The position numbers were made by a program, and so were the translations under genes. DNA of 64,000 bases from the human T2T-CHM13v2.0 reference genome, Homo sapiens: the NCBI RefSeq assembly GCF_009914755.1, contig NC_060930.1. One strand, written 5' to 3'. The notes below the pieces were generated by a model. The model worked only from the letters and a program-made list of their open reading frames with translations. It made no database searches and was not told where the DNA came from. Of the stretch, positions 1-14,228 are shown piece after piece; within the stretch, counting starts at the first letter, position 1; every line of letters begins with the position of its first letter.

Positions 1-302
1 GGGGCTGCCCACATTCTTTGGCTCATGGACTCTTCCTCCATCTTCAAAGCCAGCAACTACAGGTTGAATCCTTCTCACGTTGCTTTACTCTGCCCTCCTT
101 TTCTGCCTCTCTCTTCCAGTTTTAAGGATCACAATGTGATTACATGTGGCCCACCTAAATAATTCATAATAATCTTCTCATCTCAAGGTCCTTTACTTAA
201 TATCGGTGAAGTCCGTTTTGCTAAGGTAACATATATACAGAGTCTGGTGTTTAAGATACGGACATCTTTATGGGGAAGATGGGCATTATTCTGCCTCCCA
301 CA
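1..302 (-). mobile_element. MaLR LTR (MLT1D/E-like), truncated by window edge
   Basis: Reverse complement of the MLT1 5' end (...GGACATCTTT...CATTATTCTGCCTCCCACA). Confidence 0.8.
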
Positions 303-559
303 TCCACCATTTCCATGATTATTGCCATTTTCATTCAGATATATACAGCAATTTGATTATTCTCCAATAAAGTCATTAATTTAATAGATATTTATTGATT
401 ACTTTGGCTATAAAGATGAGTTAAAATATATATGTTTACATCTAATATAAAATATACAGAGCCAAGCAAACAGTTGTAAAACCATGTGAAAACTGTCATC
501 TGAAAAGAATTTCAGGGTATTAAGAGATCAGAGAGGAAATAGTGCTCAAGTCATCTCTG

Positions 560-1150
560 AATGAGACTGGAGATTGGAAATTGACTAGAAGGCACCTGGC
601 AGGGGGAGCTTGGAGACAATCTTGAAGAATGTCTGAGAATTTTCCAAATAGACAATAGAGAATAGAAGGGGCTAGATAGAGAGAACAGCATATGTGAAGG
701 CTCTAGACTGTGAGAAAGTATGTGGGCTTTGGGAACTGTGGTTAACTTGGTGTCACTAGAGCACTGCTGTCCTGTCGCACTTACAGTGATGATGCAACTA
801 TTCTGTGTCTGTGCTGTCATCACCGTCGCCACTGACCACATGTGGCTATTCAGCACTTGAGATGTGGTTAGTTGACAATGGGACTGAATATTTTCTTTTG
901 TTTTATTGTAATTAATTTAAATCTAAATAGCCACATGTGGCTAGTGACTACCATATTGTCAGCACAGCTGTAGGGCATAGAGTACCTCTGAGTGGGTGAT
1001 GGGAGAGATGAAGCTGGAGAGGTGAATGGGGGTTGGATTATGCCAGGCTTTTGTTTGTTTGTTTGTTTGTTGTGCAGGGAGTTTTGCATTTGTCCCCTGG
1101 AGATGTGATTTTCAGGCTGTGTTCCATGGTCATTTGTTCTGTACAGGTTA
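560..1150 (-). mobile_element. L2 fragments interrupted by MER3
   Basis: L2-like GAACAGCATATGTGAAGGC and GATGAAGCTGGAGAGG segments. Confidence 0.55.
763..968. mobile_element. MER3 (hAT-Charlie DNA transposon)
   Basis: Diagnostic CCACATGTGGCTA twice and AAATAGCCACATGTGGCTAGTG. Confidence 0.85.
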
Positions 1151-1485
1151 TCCAGGGCTGCTGCTGGGGCTGGCAGTGGGGTGGGAAAGGGTCAGGAAGA
1201 CTGAGTGGCTGGGTGGAAGTCTGCTCCCCGCTCCCCATAAACCCATCTCATGAGTTCCCTTCAGCTGAGCAGCTCCTATGACATCAGTTTAATATATTGG
1301 GCTTTTGTTGTATTGTATTATTGAGAGAAAATGACTGCGTTGCAGGATGGTGAGAAATAAATGATAGAGATTTGCATTTCTCGTATGTCACTCTGGCTAG
1401 AGGTCAGCTCAAGGCCGTGAGGAAGAGACTGGAGAGACAAGAGAAAAGAAGTGAGTCTGTCTTAATAGTCCCAACAACAGACCAT

Positions 1486-1645
1486 TGGCTATCCAAATCG
1501 TCAGTACACCAGAGAATAGCTTTCAGGTGACCTGCGGACTTTCAACATGAAAAATTCAATCCAGAGTCCTGGGTGGGGCTCACGAGTCTGCATTTTTAAC
1601 AACTCACCAAGTTATTCTTATGTGCCCTAGAATTGGAAACCCATG
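1486..1645. mobile_element. MER5-like DNA transposon
   Basis: GGGTGGGGCTCACGAGTCTGCATTTTTAACAA motif. Confidence 0.65.
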
Positions 1646-1744
1646 TATCTCAAGATTTTTTGCACAAACTGCAGCCTGTAGGATAAGAGAGAAACTTAGA
1701 TCAGAGTAGAGGTTTTGCGACTCTAAGAACCAAAATGATTTCAG

Positions 1745-1910
1745 ATGCCTGGTCATCCTCAACCTGGTGGACACGCCTTCATTCACTGGAGAAGCAGCAG
1801 CAGGGCTTGCTTCGAGTCCAGGGAAGCAAGAAAACAGATCTGATCCCCCTGTGGAGTGTGGAGTAGGGGCACTGCCCTTGATGGTGGGAGTGAAACCAAC
1901 TTGTTTGCAG
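1745..1910 (+). other. Candidate non-coding exon (166 nt)
   Basis: Non-repeat sequence between TTTCAG| (weak pyrimidine tract) and a strong donor CAG|GTAAGC; no transcript evidence. Confidence 0.3.
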
Positions 1911-2037
1911 GTAAGCACATGAGAGACAGCCCTGGAAGCACTCAGGGGTGATGAACTTGACATGGAAGCAGAAATCCTGCAAAGCCTGAGGTGGAAAGTT
2001 GCCAAGGAAGTATGCATCATGATTGTTAATGTGCCTT

Positions 2038-2617
<580 letters not shown>

Positions 2618-2712
2618 TGACTTCATCTACATCTCCAGCTGGTGAGATCTGGAAGAAGTCAGGTTACACATACAGATGAGAAAGCTGAGGGTCAGAAAGT
2701 GGAGGTCTGTTG

Positions 2713-3525
2713 TATGAAAGGAAAATAAAAACCTGGGACCCCAATTCAGTACGCCAAGGGGAAAAATTAAGCTGAAAGCTGACTCATGCAAGCACCTGCC
2801 ATTCCTTTTGTTCCTAAGCAGATAGCTACGATAAAATATTAAATATCTTCACTCTGTGTTTGAGGCAGGAGAATAGGGTCTGGAGGCAGGGAACCTAATG
2901 ACTTCCTAGACGTAAATCAAGTGGAAATGCTTCAGCTATGACAGGAAATATTCTCTCCATTTACATAGGGCATACACTGAGTAAATGACTTTGTAACTTC
3001 ACTTCATCCCCTTCGTTTCCATAGGGCATATACCAAGTAACGAATAAAAACCTCTAAAGGGTATTTAAACCCCAGAATATTCTGTAACGGGGCTCTTGAG
3101 CCCCTATGCTCAGACCCGCTCCCACACTGTGGAGTGTAGTTTCATTTTCAGTAAATCTCTGCTTTTGTTGCTTCATTCTTTCCTTGCTTTATTTGTGAGT
3201 TTTGTCCAACTCTTTGTTCCTGGACACCTTCCACTGGTAACATGTTCACCTTATCTTGTGTAAAGTGTGGATCCACTGAGGGCAAGACAAATACATAATT
3301 GACTATTCCCCTACCTGATCCTTTTGTCTTGCAATATGTGAGTTCAGTCACATGCCCATACCCTCTCTATTCCTTCTCCAGCTTGCTTTTCCCGGTTAAA
3401 TTATTGAAGCCCTTAAAATCATCTTTGGAGAAAGGCACAGACCTGTCTCCTGGGTGCATCCTCAACCTTGGCAAAAAAAACTTCTAAATGGATTGTGACT
3501 TGTTTCAGATACTTTTTGGTTTACC
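2713..3525 (+). mobile_element. ERV1 MER4-group solo LTR inserted in a MIR and interrupted by MER51B
   Basis: TATGAAAGGAAAATAAAAAC...TTTTTGGTTTACC; 4-bp TSD GTTG (2709-2712 / 3526-3529). Confidence 0.8.
2861..3242 (+). mobile_element. MER51B-like ERV1 solo LTR
   Basis: TGAGGCAGGAGAATAGGGTCTGGAGGCAGG...GGTAACA; 4-bp TSD TGTT. Confidence 0.85.
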
Positions 3526-3670
3526 GTTGTTATATGTTATCTAAGCTAACTCAGCTCTTTAGCGGAATTCTAACCCAGGTATGCCTAAATTCAAAATGTG
3601 AGGTTTTTCTGCATTATAGTGAATGACGGATATCAAGGCTTTTCTGATGACTTTGAAAAATAGTTGGATA

Positions 3671-3993
<323 letters not shown>

Positions 3994-5220
3994 TTATGGC
4001 CTCATTGTTTTGTTTGTTCTTGGCAAAGTTTCCACTGACATAACTCAGTAAACTTTTACATCTGAGTTCAATGGAGTGTTTTTAAATGGTTGTGGACAAG
4101 AGGTTCGTTCATTGTTGATGTAGAATTGAGTACAGAATATACTTTGCTTAAATTACTTTCACTATTTTTTCTCATAATATTCTTGAAAGTCATCTATTAA
4201 TGCAGTTCTTACATAAAAGGAAGAGATAACTAAAAAGGATATAGAGCCAGGAAGTAAATTGTTTCCCCAAACACTTCAAACAATTTAAATGTTCAAATAT
4301 AGAGTTATTTGTGAATTTGCAAAGTAGCAAATCAAATGGGTAATTCTCAAAGCCTTGTGTTTGAAGTGATGAGAAGCAAAGCCTTTTCAAGTTTATGTAA
4401 ATAATTGACCACTTCCTTGAAAAAGTTTTAAGATTTCTCTAGAGACAAGGTGAATCATATCAAGTGGCCTAAATAAACTTTAGTTTTGAATGAGCAAATA
4501 GCTCAAGGCAAGGTGGTGGTTTTACCAAAGTAAAAAAAAGAAGAAGTTGTCAAGAATGAAGCTTGCCAAAAAATTTTCAAAAACTAAGATGGCAAGATTT
4601 TCTTTGGAGGGTTATGAAATGTTCTGAAGTTAGACAGTCTAGAATTAGATGGTTCAACAGCTGAGTGAATTTACTAAAAACACTGAATTTTACACTTTAT
4701 CAGGGTGAATTTTATGTTATGTTAATTAAATTTCGGTGAAGCACTTATTAAATGAAATTGTAATAAGAGGATGTAAGAAGATTCAGTCACAAAATATACA
4801 CATATACCACACAAATTTAAAATGCTTTTAGCTAAAATATTAAAAGACAAGCTAGTCACTTTGGAACCCAAATTCATTGTCTGAAAGATTTTTAAAAATC
4901 TTAAAGAGAAAGAAATGAAGATAAAGCAATCATGAGTGAAAAAAATAAACAAACTTGGATGATATAACCAGAAATAACACATAAATGAAATAATTTCAGA
5001 AGAACAAGATATATGCACTTTAAAAGTAATATGGAAAAGCAAGGGACCCAGAATAATCAAAAGAATCCTTAAAAAGAGGGACAAAATTGGAGGACTCACA
5101 TTTACTTCAGAACTTACTACAAAGTTACAATAGTCAAGCCAGCATGATACTGACATAAGGATAGACACATAGATCAATGGAATACAGTCAGTCTAGAAGC
5201 CAGCCTACATATGCAAGACA

Positions 5221-5988
5221 TTATGGAGGGTCTTCAAAAAATTTAAAAATAGAACTACTATGTGATCCAGCAATCCCACTACCGGGTATATATCTAAAGG
5301 AATCGAAATTGGGATTTCAAAGAGCATTTGCACTCCTGTTCATTGCAGCATGAACCTAAGTAACCTAAATATTCATCATGGATGAATGGGTAAAGAAAAT
5401 GTGTTATATATATACAGTGGAATATTGTTTAGCCCTAAGAAAGAAGGAAATCCTGCCATTTGTGACAACATGCATAAGCCTAGAGGACTTTATGCTAAGT
5501 GAAACAAGTTAGACACAGGAAGACAAGTACTACTTGATGCCACTTACATAAGGAATCTAAAATAGTTAAACTTGTAGAAGCAGAGAGTAGAATGGTGGTT
5601 GTCAGGAGCTGGGGAAAGGGGGATATAGGGAGCTATTAGCCAAAAGTTGCAAAGTTTCAGTTATAAAAGATGAGTAAGTCCTAGAGATCTACTGTATAAC
5701 ATAATACCTATAGTTAACAAAACTGTATTACATCTTAAAAATTTGCTAAGTGGGTAGATCTTATGTTTTATCACATACTACACACACACACATGCACACA
5801 CACACATACACAAATAATTATAAATATAGAGGGTAGGAGGAAACTGTTTTGGAGGTGATGGGTATGTTTAGATTGTGGTAATGATTTCACAGATGTATAT
5901 TTAGCCTCAAACTCATCAAGTTGCATACATTAAATATGTACAGCTTTTTGTATGTCAATCACACCCCAATAAAAGTTTTTTTAAAAAT
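5221..5988 (+). mobile_element. L1MA9/10-like 3' end
   Basis: GATCCAGCAATCCCACT...GAAGCAGAGAGTAGAATGGTGGTT...CAATAAAA; internal (CA)n. Confidence 0.8.
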
Positions 5989-6197
5989 CCTGCACACACA
6001 CACATATATACATGTGTATATATGTATATAAATATATACATGTATATAAATTTATTTTAGATAAGATTGCCGAGACAATTCCAATGGGGAAAAGAAGTCT
6101 TTCCAAACATGCTGCTGGGACAACTGGATCTCTACATGCAAAAGAATGAACTTGAACTACTATTTCACACTATATTAAAACAATTATCAATTATTTT

Positions 6198-6650
6198 GTG
6201 ACTGAAGGCAATTAAGAAGCAGCAAATGGAAAAAGCTCTCGCTGTCTTCCCCTTTTCTGCCTCAAGGTAGGATATAAATTCTCGTTTACTGGACACAACT
6301 CTAGACTCTATTCACCCAGAGAAAGCACCAGAAGAATCTGCAAACAAACGTTACTTCATTAGTTTACCCCCATATAGTTATTTTCCCACTGTTTCCTACC
6401 CCGAAAGGAAATTGCCTTCCTTTGTCCTGTCATTTCTCTATAAATTTATTGTTCTTTGTTGAAGATGCGATACAAGCCAGAGTTCTAAGCAACTGCTTTG
6501 AGTTACTTTTCATTGAGGTTTTTCCTGCATGGTGTTCACTGTATGTGTTAATAAACTTGTTTGTTTTTTTCTTGTTGATCTGCTTTTGTTACAGGGGCTT
6601 GTCTCAACTAAGAACTTACACAGGGACAGGTAATCTGTAGCTTCCCTGAC
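6198..6650 (+). mobile_element. MER34/MER39-group ERV1 solo LTR
   Basis: AATAAACTTG...CTTGTTGATCTGCTTTTGTTACAGGGG 3' signature. Confidence 0.65.
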
Positions 6651-6703
6651 AACTGAAATGAAAGAGCTAAAATTACAAAACTCTTAAAAGAAAACATGGG
6701 ATT

Positions 6704-7097
6704 TGCTATGGTTTGAATGTCCCACCAAAACTCATGGTCAAATTTAATTGCCATTGGGGTGGTACTAGGAGGTAAGACCTTTAAGAGGTGTAGATCATGA
6801 GGGTTCTGCCCTTGTGAATGGATTAATGCTGTTATCAGGGTAGTGGATTAGTTATTGAGGGAGAGGACTCCAGGATAAGTTTGACCTCCATTTTCTCCCT
6901 GTCTCATTTGTCACCTGCCTTTCTGCTTTCAGCCATGGTGTGATGCAACAAGAAAGCCCTCACCAGATGGCTAAGCAGATGCTGGCACCATGCCTTTGGA
7001 CTTCCCAGCCTCCAAAACTGTGAGCCAAATAATCTTTTGTGTATAAATTATCAAGTCTGTGATACTCCGTTATAGCAGCAGAAAACAGACTAAGACA
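6704..7097 (+). mobile_element. MST-family MaLR solo LTR
   Basis: TGCTATGGTTTGAATGT...GACTAAGACA; 5-bp TSD GGATT/AGATT. Confidence 0.9.
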
Positions 7098-9169
7098 AGA
7101 TTAAATCTTTGTGACCTTGGGCTAATCAATGATTTCTTAACTATGACAATCACATATCGGATAAGAGCCTTAATTCACAATATATAAAGAACTTTTATAA
7201 TTTAACAATGAAAAGACAACACAATTTTAAAAGGGCAAAGTATTTGAATAGACATTTCTCCAAATAAGTTATATAAATGGCCAATGAGCACGTGGAAAGA
7301 TGCTCAACATCTGTTTGACATTAGGCAAATGCAAATCAAAACCACATTCACTAGGATAGCTACAGTAATTAAAAAAGGAATGATAGTAAGTGGTGAGGAT
7401 GTGGAGAAATTGGAACCCTCATATATTGTTGGTGGGTATGTAAAATGATGCAACCACCGTGGAAAGCAGCTTGACAGCTCCTCATAAAGTTAAACATGGT
7501 GGTACCACAGGACCCAGCAATTCTACTCTTAGCTATATATGTCCAAGAGAGATGGAAATTTAAGTCCACACAAAAATTTAATTTGCCATTTTCATGGCAG
7601 CATCATATATAATGGCCAAATATTGGAAACAACCCAAATGTTCATCATCTGATGAATGGATCAACAAAATGAGGTATATCTATACAATGAAATAGGATTT
7701 GGCAACAGAAGAAAGAATGGAGTACTGACACAGGCTACATCATGGATGATCCTTGTAAATACTAAATAAAAAAAGCAAGTCATAAAAGATCACATATTGT
7801 ATGATTTTATTTATGAGAAATGTCTAGAGTAGGCAAATCTACAGAGACAAAAAGTACATTAGTGGGCACCTAGGGCCAAAGAGGGGAGAGAGAATGGGCA
7901 GTGATGGCAGCAGGGTGTTTGGAGGAGGGCTGGTGATGAAAATGCTCTAAAGTTATAGAGATGTTTGCACAAATATATTAATATATTTTAAAACATTGAA
8001 TTGTATATGTTAAATGATTGAATTTTATGGTATGTGACACATGTCAAGAAAGATGTTTTTAAAAATAGTTCAGGAAAATGGATATATATACAAATTATGC
8101 AACTAGTTCACTTTCCAGAATCCCATAAATTAAAACTCCTATGACTTGTAAATCTTCTAGATCTTAGACCGGATTATCATAAGCCTATTCTTAACTAGAA
8201 ATTTCCTGGACACATGCCAAGGAATAAAAACTCTTGGCTGGGTGCGGCGCCTTAGAAACCCTGAGAGACAAGTATTATCTTCTAATCAACAAAACTGGTA
8301 GATGATTAAATTATTGGTTCAGAGTACAGGCTTTTTGCTAGACAGAAACATCCAAAACTTAATACTTAATAAAGGAAATTAAGAACAGAGATTTTTCATA
8401 GTGGAAACCTTGTTAAGATTACCGAGGCTTACAGGAGATAGTACCAGAGCATGCATGTATTTGGCAGCTACTGAGAGTCTGCTATTTGCCAGAAGATATT
8501 AGACACTGGAAAGAAATGTTTAAAAGGCTGAGTCCCTGCCCTAAGGGAGCTTATGGTCCAGGGAAGAGACACAAATGCGTTTCATATCACATGTTAAGTG
8601 CTGCGGGGAGGGTATGCAAGGAAACGAAGGGACAGAGAAGAGAGTTGGTCACCCTGGTTGGGAGACCAGAGATGCCTCCTCAGAGGAGTTTCTAGGAGAG
8701 GATCAGGGTTGGAGCAGGTGTGGGATTTCAAAGCACAGCCATCTGGAATGTGCACTCAGAAAGAAGAAAACCTCAGGGGACAAGGAGAGCCAGTGTCTGA
8801 AAAATGGCGCAAAAGGCTGTTCTCTTCTGTTATGCTATGTTTATGTTTCTTTGAGGAGGGAACTGTGTAAGAGGTAATGTGTGGTAACGTATTAGCACTT
8901 GAGAAGGAAATGCCTTTGACTCAGTGCAATTTCTTCCCCAGTAAGAATAATCTCCAAAGACTGCTAAAAATATAGAGGAGAAGCAAAGTGAAGTCTTCGT
9001 TTTTTCTTTTTTCATCTCTTCACAGCAGGTGAATTAACCCAAAATTCGTCATCATAGGAGCAGCAGTTCTTTTTTAACCTCACATACAATTTTACATTTT
9101 CCTTAAAAACTCTTTATTTCAAATACACACAAATGGAGAGAGGAGTGTGATAAAACCCCATATTCCTGC

Positions 9170-9620
9170 TGGCTTAGTCTGTTTTGTGTTGCTATAAAGG
9201 CGTACCTGTGGCTGGGTGGTTTGTAAGGAAAGAGGTTGAGTTAGTTCATGTTCTGCAGCCTGTGCAAGAAGCATGGTGCTGGCATCTGCTCTGCTTCTGG
9301 TGAGGACTTTTGTGCTCCATCAAAACATGGTGCAGAAGGTCAAATGGCAGGCAGGCAGGTGCAAAGATGGATCAAACCTGGGGGGCCTCTTGGCTTTAGA
9401 ACAACACACTCCCTTGGGAACTAATCCATCCCCTCAAAACCAATCCATCTCGGGACAGCATGAGAACTTACTCACTACCCTGAGAACAGCACCAAACCAT
9501 TCATAACCCATGACCTGAACTCCTCCCACTGCACCCCACATCCCAACATCACCACACTGGGGATCAAATTTCAACATAATATTTGGTGGGGAACATACAA
9601 GTCATATTCAATCCATAGCA
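9170..9620 (-). mobile_element. MSTB-like MaLR solo LTR inside antisense old L1
   Basis: CTTAGTCTGTTTTGTGTTGCTATAAAGG...ATCCATAGCA. Confidence 0.85.
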
Positions 9621-9867
9621 GCAGCCATCCAGATTTTAAAATAATCAACATTTTGCCCACTTGAATCACCTGTTTGCACCCCTTTTTTGTTGAAGAATTT
9701 TAAAGCAAATTCCAGGCAAAATGGCACTTACCACCTAGTATTTCAATGTGTCCCTAAAAGAGGGAAATATAACCAGTTACCACTATCACACCTAAATTCA
9801 TAACAATAATTAATTAATATCTAATTCCCAGTCCATCCATATTCAAAGTTCATTGACTGTTTAATAA

Positions 9868-10353
<486 letters not shown>

Positions 10354-10433
10354 TAGAATATACATTGTTCCACATTCTAGGTTTGCCTGATTACTTCCTC
10401 ATGGTGACAGCATCATTCAACCAGCTCTTCTTC

Positions 10434-10561
10434 TTTGTATTTTTAGTAGAGACGCGGTTTCACCATGTTGGCCAGATGGTCTCGATCTCTTGACCTCGTG
10501 ATCCACCCGCCTCAGCCTCCCAAAGTGATGGGATTACAGGCATGAGCCACCACACCTGGCC
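10434..10561 (-). mobile_element. Alu left arm only
   Basis: TTTGTATTTTTAGTAGAGAC...CACACCTGGCC; right arm and tail absent. Confidence 0.9.
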
Positions 10562-12038
10562 GAAATGTATTTCTTAAGTAATAAGATTTGAAAGTTGAAA
10601 TTACTCCTTGATTCATTGGCTACAGAATGGATGTTGTGTTGAATAACATTCATCTCATTGTACATCTCTGTCAGAGCTCTTGAGTGACTAGATGCACTGT
10701 CAGTGAGTGATAATATTTGGAAAGAAATCTTTTTTTTTCTGAGCATTAAGTCTCAATAGCGGACTTAAAATATTCAGCAATTCATGCTATACACAGATGT
10801 GCTGTCATCCAGGTTTTGTTGTTCCACTTAAAGAGTGCAGGCAGAGCAGATTTAGCATAATTCTTCCTAGAGTTTTCAAAATGGCAAATGAGCATTCGCT
10901 ACAATGTTAGGTCACTAGCTGCAATAGCCCCAATCAAAAGAGTCAGCTATTGCTTGAAGCTTTGAAGCCAGGCACTGACTTTTCTTCTCCAGCTATGAAA
11001 GTTCTGAAGAGCATCTTCTTCTAATATAAGACTGCTTTTTGTCCACAGACAATATGTTTCTTTTGCCCTCTTCATCAGTGATCTTAGCTGGCTTTTCTGG
11101 ATAACGCTGCAGCTTCTCCATCAGCACTTGCTGCCTCACCTCGTACTTTTATGTTATGGAGATGGCTTCCTTCCTTAAGCTTCATGAGCCGACCTCTGTT
11201 AGCTCCAACTTTTCTTCTGCAGCTTACTCATCTCTCTCAGCCTTCGTAGAATTGAAGAAAGTTAGGGTGTTGCTCTGGATTAGGCTTTTGCTTAAGGGAA
11301 TGTTGCGCCTGGCTTGATCTTCTATTGAGTCCACTCAAACTTTTTCCATACCAGCAATAGGGCTGTTTTACTTAGCGTTTGTGTGTCCACCCGAGTAGCA
11401 CTTACTTTCCTTCAAGAACTTTTCCTTTGCATTCACAAGTTGGCTGTTTGCTGCAAAGGTCAAGTTTGGTGCAAAAGAAAAGTTCTTGGAAAGTAAAAGT
11501 GCTACTCTGCTACCTTGGTTTTCAACACGCCTTCCATGCTAAATGTAATCATTTCTAGAATTGGATTTAAAGTGAGAGATGTGTGACTTTTATTTTCACT
11601 TGAACACATAGAGACCATTGTGGAGTTACTAACTGACCTGATTTCAATATTATTGTATCTCAGGGAATAGGGAGACCTGAGAAGCAGGAGAGAGATGAGG
11701 AATGGCTGGTTGGTAGAGCAGTCATGGTAAAACATACATTTATTGATTAAGTTCATCATCTTATATGAACGTGGTTCATGGCACCCCCCAAAAACTACAA
11801 TAATAGCATCAAAGATCACTGATCACAGATCACCATAATAGATAAAATATGAAAAAGTTTGAAATATTGTGATAATTGCCAAAATGTGACACAGAGACAT
11901 GAGATGAGCACCTGTTGTGGAAAGTTGGCACCTATAGACTTGCTTAACACACAGCTGCCACAAAACCTCAATTTGTAAAAAACATCCGCATCTGCATAGC
12001 ATCATAAAGTGAAGTGCAATAAAATAAAATATGCCTTT
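10562..12038 (-). mobile_element. Tigger1 (TcMar) 5' portion with decayed transposase
   Basis: Reverse complement of the Tigger1 5' end and transposase N-terminal/middle region; many stops. Confidence 0.9.
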
Positions 12039-12167
12039 ATTCAATGTTTTTCAACCAGTTGTAGTCATTACTGTTTTCACATCCTCAGATGTCACATTTG
12101 ACAACGGAAAACCTTCAAGTGGATCTGTGTGTTCTGCTGATATTTTCCTTGCTTTCTGGCATAAGCA

Positions 12168-12694
12168 TGTCATAGAACCCCAAATTCAGGCTCGTGTACC
12201 CAGCATGCAGCTGAGGCCAAACCCTGACACAAAGGTGCTTGGAGATAGAGAAGGGTTTATCTGATTTGCCCAAAATGAGGTGGGAGGGCAAAAATCTCTC
12301 CAATCTACCTTAACAAAAAGAAGAGGCGGGGAGTTTTTATTTGGCTGGAGAGTAAAGGATGGGGAGTTACAGGAAATCTAGGGGAAAAAAGTCTGTTTCT
12401 TCAGTCTGAGATAACACCTTGAGCAACCAGACTTCTTGGCATCAGCAGCTGGTCACGACATCCCTCTAGGCATTCATTCTTTCTGCAAACTTTTTTTGTG
12501 ACACTGGAGTTATCTCCTGCTGCTTGGCACAGGAACGGTACATCTATAGTTTATAATTACATTGTGGGAACAAGGAATTTTGGGCAAAAAGCAAGTGGTT
12601 AACATTTGCAAGCAAGCAAGGGCCTAATCAGAATTCTCATTATTTCAGATACTAAAAAATGCTGGGGTGCTGAAATCTCCAGTGGCCCAATTGC
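12168..12694 (-). mobile_element. ERV1-class solo LTR, subfamily uncertain
   Basis: TG...CA ends; antisense polyA/TATA-like layout. Confidence 0.5.
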
Positions 12695-13350
12695 AAGCTG
12701 TCCCAGGCTTAAAATCAGCTTTGCCCTAGACTTAAAATCAGCTATTTCTCTGGGGAGCCCTAATTCTTTTCAATGAGAAGTGAGTTTAGAGACATAATCT
12801 AGGTGATATGGGTGCTCATTGCTATTGGGCTGTCAGTGCTTCTAAACATTTCAGTCAACAGAGCTAAGAAATACATGTTTTTTTAAATAAAAAAGTGTTT
12901 TCAGAGTTTATAGTAATTTCTTTCTTGTTTCTAGTGGGGTTGGACATAGTAATATTTTTAATTCAGATTAACAATATAAGGTTTCTACTTAAGTTCTTTA
13001 ATTTTTTTTCTTGTCTTCCTTTTCTCTTACACGGAAAATCTTGATTCCTACCAACATTAATATAGTTACCTATTTGCTTTGTCCTATAATGTGTATAAAC
13101 TAGTTAAAAAATATAAAATCCAAATGAAAATTACTCAGTGAAGTTAAAACAATGTTACAGTTCTTTTTGTCATTAATCCTACTAAGACTTTATAGCTAAC
13201 ATAAAGGTAACCAGATATAATTCTTTCTTCTGTAAGGTCATGTTACCACCTTCATGATATTCCATTAATGTGTTAATTTCAGTTTATTTTTATGTTGGGA
13301 ATTGATTGTTTTCTTTTTAGATTAATTTTATTTTTTGAAAATGTAAAACA

Positions 13351-13551
13351 GGCACATAGAAGGGAACAACACACACTGGGGCCTATCAGAGGGGGGAAGG
13401 TGGGAGGAGGGAGAGAATCAGGAAACTAATGGGTACTAGGCTTAATACCTGGATGATGAAATAATCTGTCCAACAAAACCCCATAACACAAGTTTACCTA
13501 TATAACAAACCTGCACATGTACCCCTGAGCTTAAAAATAAAAGTTAAAAAA
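13351..13551 (+). mobile_element. 5'-truncated older L1PA 3' end
   Basis: GGGAACAACACACACTGGGGCC...AACCTGCACATGTACCCCTGA; TSD GAAAATGTAAAACA/GAAAATATAGAACA. Confidence 0.9.
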
Positions 13552-13863
13552 GAAAATATAGAACATTTGTAAGATTCCAAATGTAAAAGGTTTATATGAT
13601 TCTGAAGTCGTATGTAACACACCATTCAGAAAAGTCTTGCTTCCATCACTAACCCTTCCCCCATTCTCTCTCTCCCCGTGCACGTAATCACTTTCAAATA
13701 CATTTAATTTAAATTTCCAGTATCTCATTTTGAAAATATAAACATGTATGTGTGTACTTATGCATATTCTTAAATGGAAAAAGCAAGATAAGTTTTGTGC
13801 ATGCTATAATGCTAACTTTCATGTAAGAAAAGAGGAAAATACTGTATCTTCTATGCCCAAAAT

Positions 13864-14017
13864 GAATAATGCTAGTCATTTTTCAGTTCCCTAAATCAGC
13901 AATGATGAGGGTTGCAATAGAAGGTGAAGCAATTAAATTGAAGTAACTGTTGGTAATTCAAACAAAAGATTCATCTTGCATTAATTACCTGAACTATTTG
14001 AATTTGTGTTGTAGTCT
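13864..14017 (+). repeat. Direct duplication, copy A (154 bp)
   Basis: Ungapped match to 15106-15259, 13 mismatches by manual count. Confidence 0.95.
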
Positions 14018-14228
14018 GTATTTCTATTTGTTTTCTGCTCCTAAAATTGAGTTTCTATTTACCATAAGCAATACTATATTTACTTTACATGTCTTTATAA
14101 TGCTTGAATTATTTCAGACAAATTTACTTTCTCTTTGCCTCAGTTTCCAAATGTTGGATTGGACAAGAGGTGACCTTTTAAGTCGTCTTTCAGCTTTAGC
14201 ATTGTTCTAAGCGAGCTGTCTTCACCCT

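Larger units (their letters stand above)
5020..8065 (+). mobile_element. Old L1 (L1MB-like) ORF2/3'UTR remnants hosting an L1MA 3' end, an LTR and an MST
   Basis: L1 motifs GACAAAATTGGAGGACTCACA, GCTGGGACAACTGGAT, GACCCAGCAATTCTACTC, GGCAAATCTACAGAGACA. Confidence 0.85.

Noticed and set aside
4722-5177. 151-aa hydrophobic ORF
   Set aside because: Antisense read of A-rich L1-derived DNA.
10562-12038. Functional or domesticated Tigger transposase
   Set aside because: Truncated, with frameshifts and stops; no long ORF.
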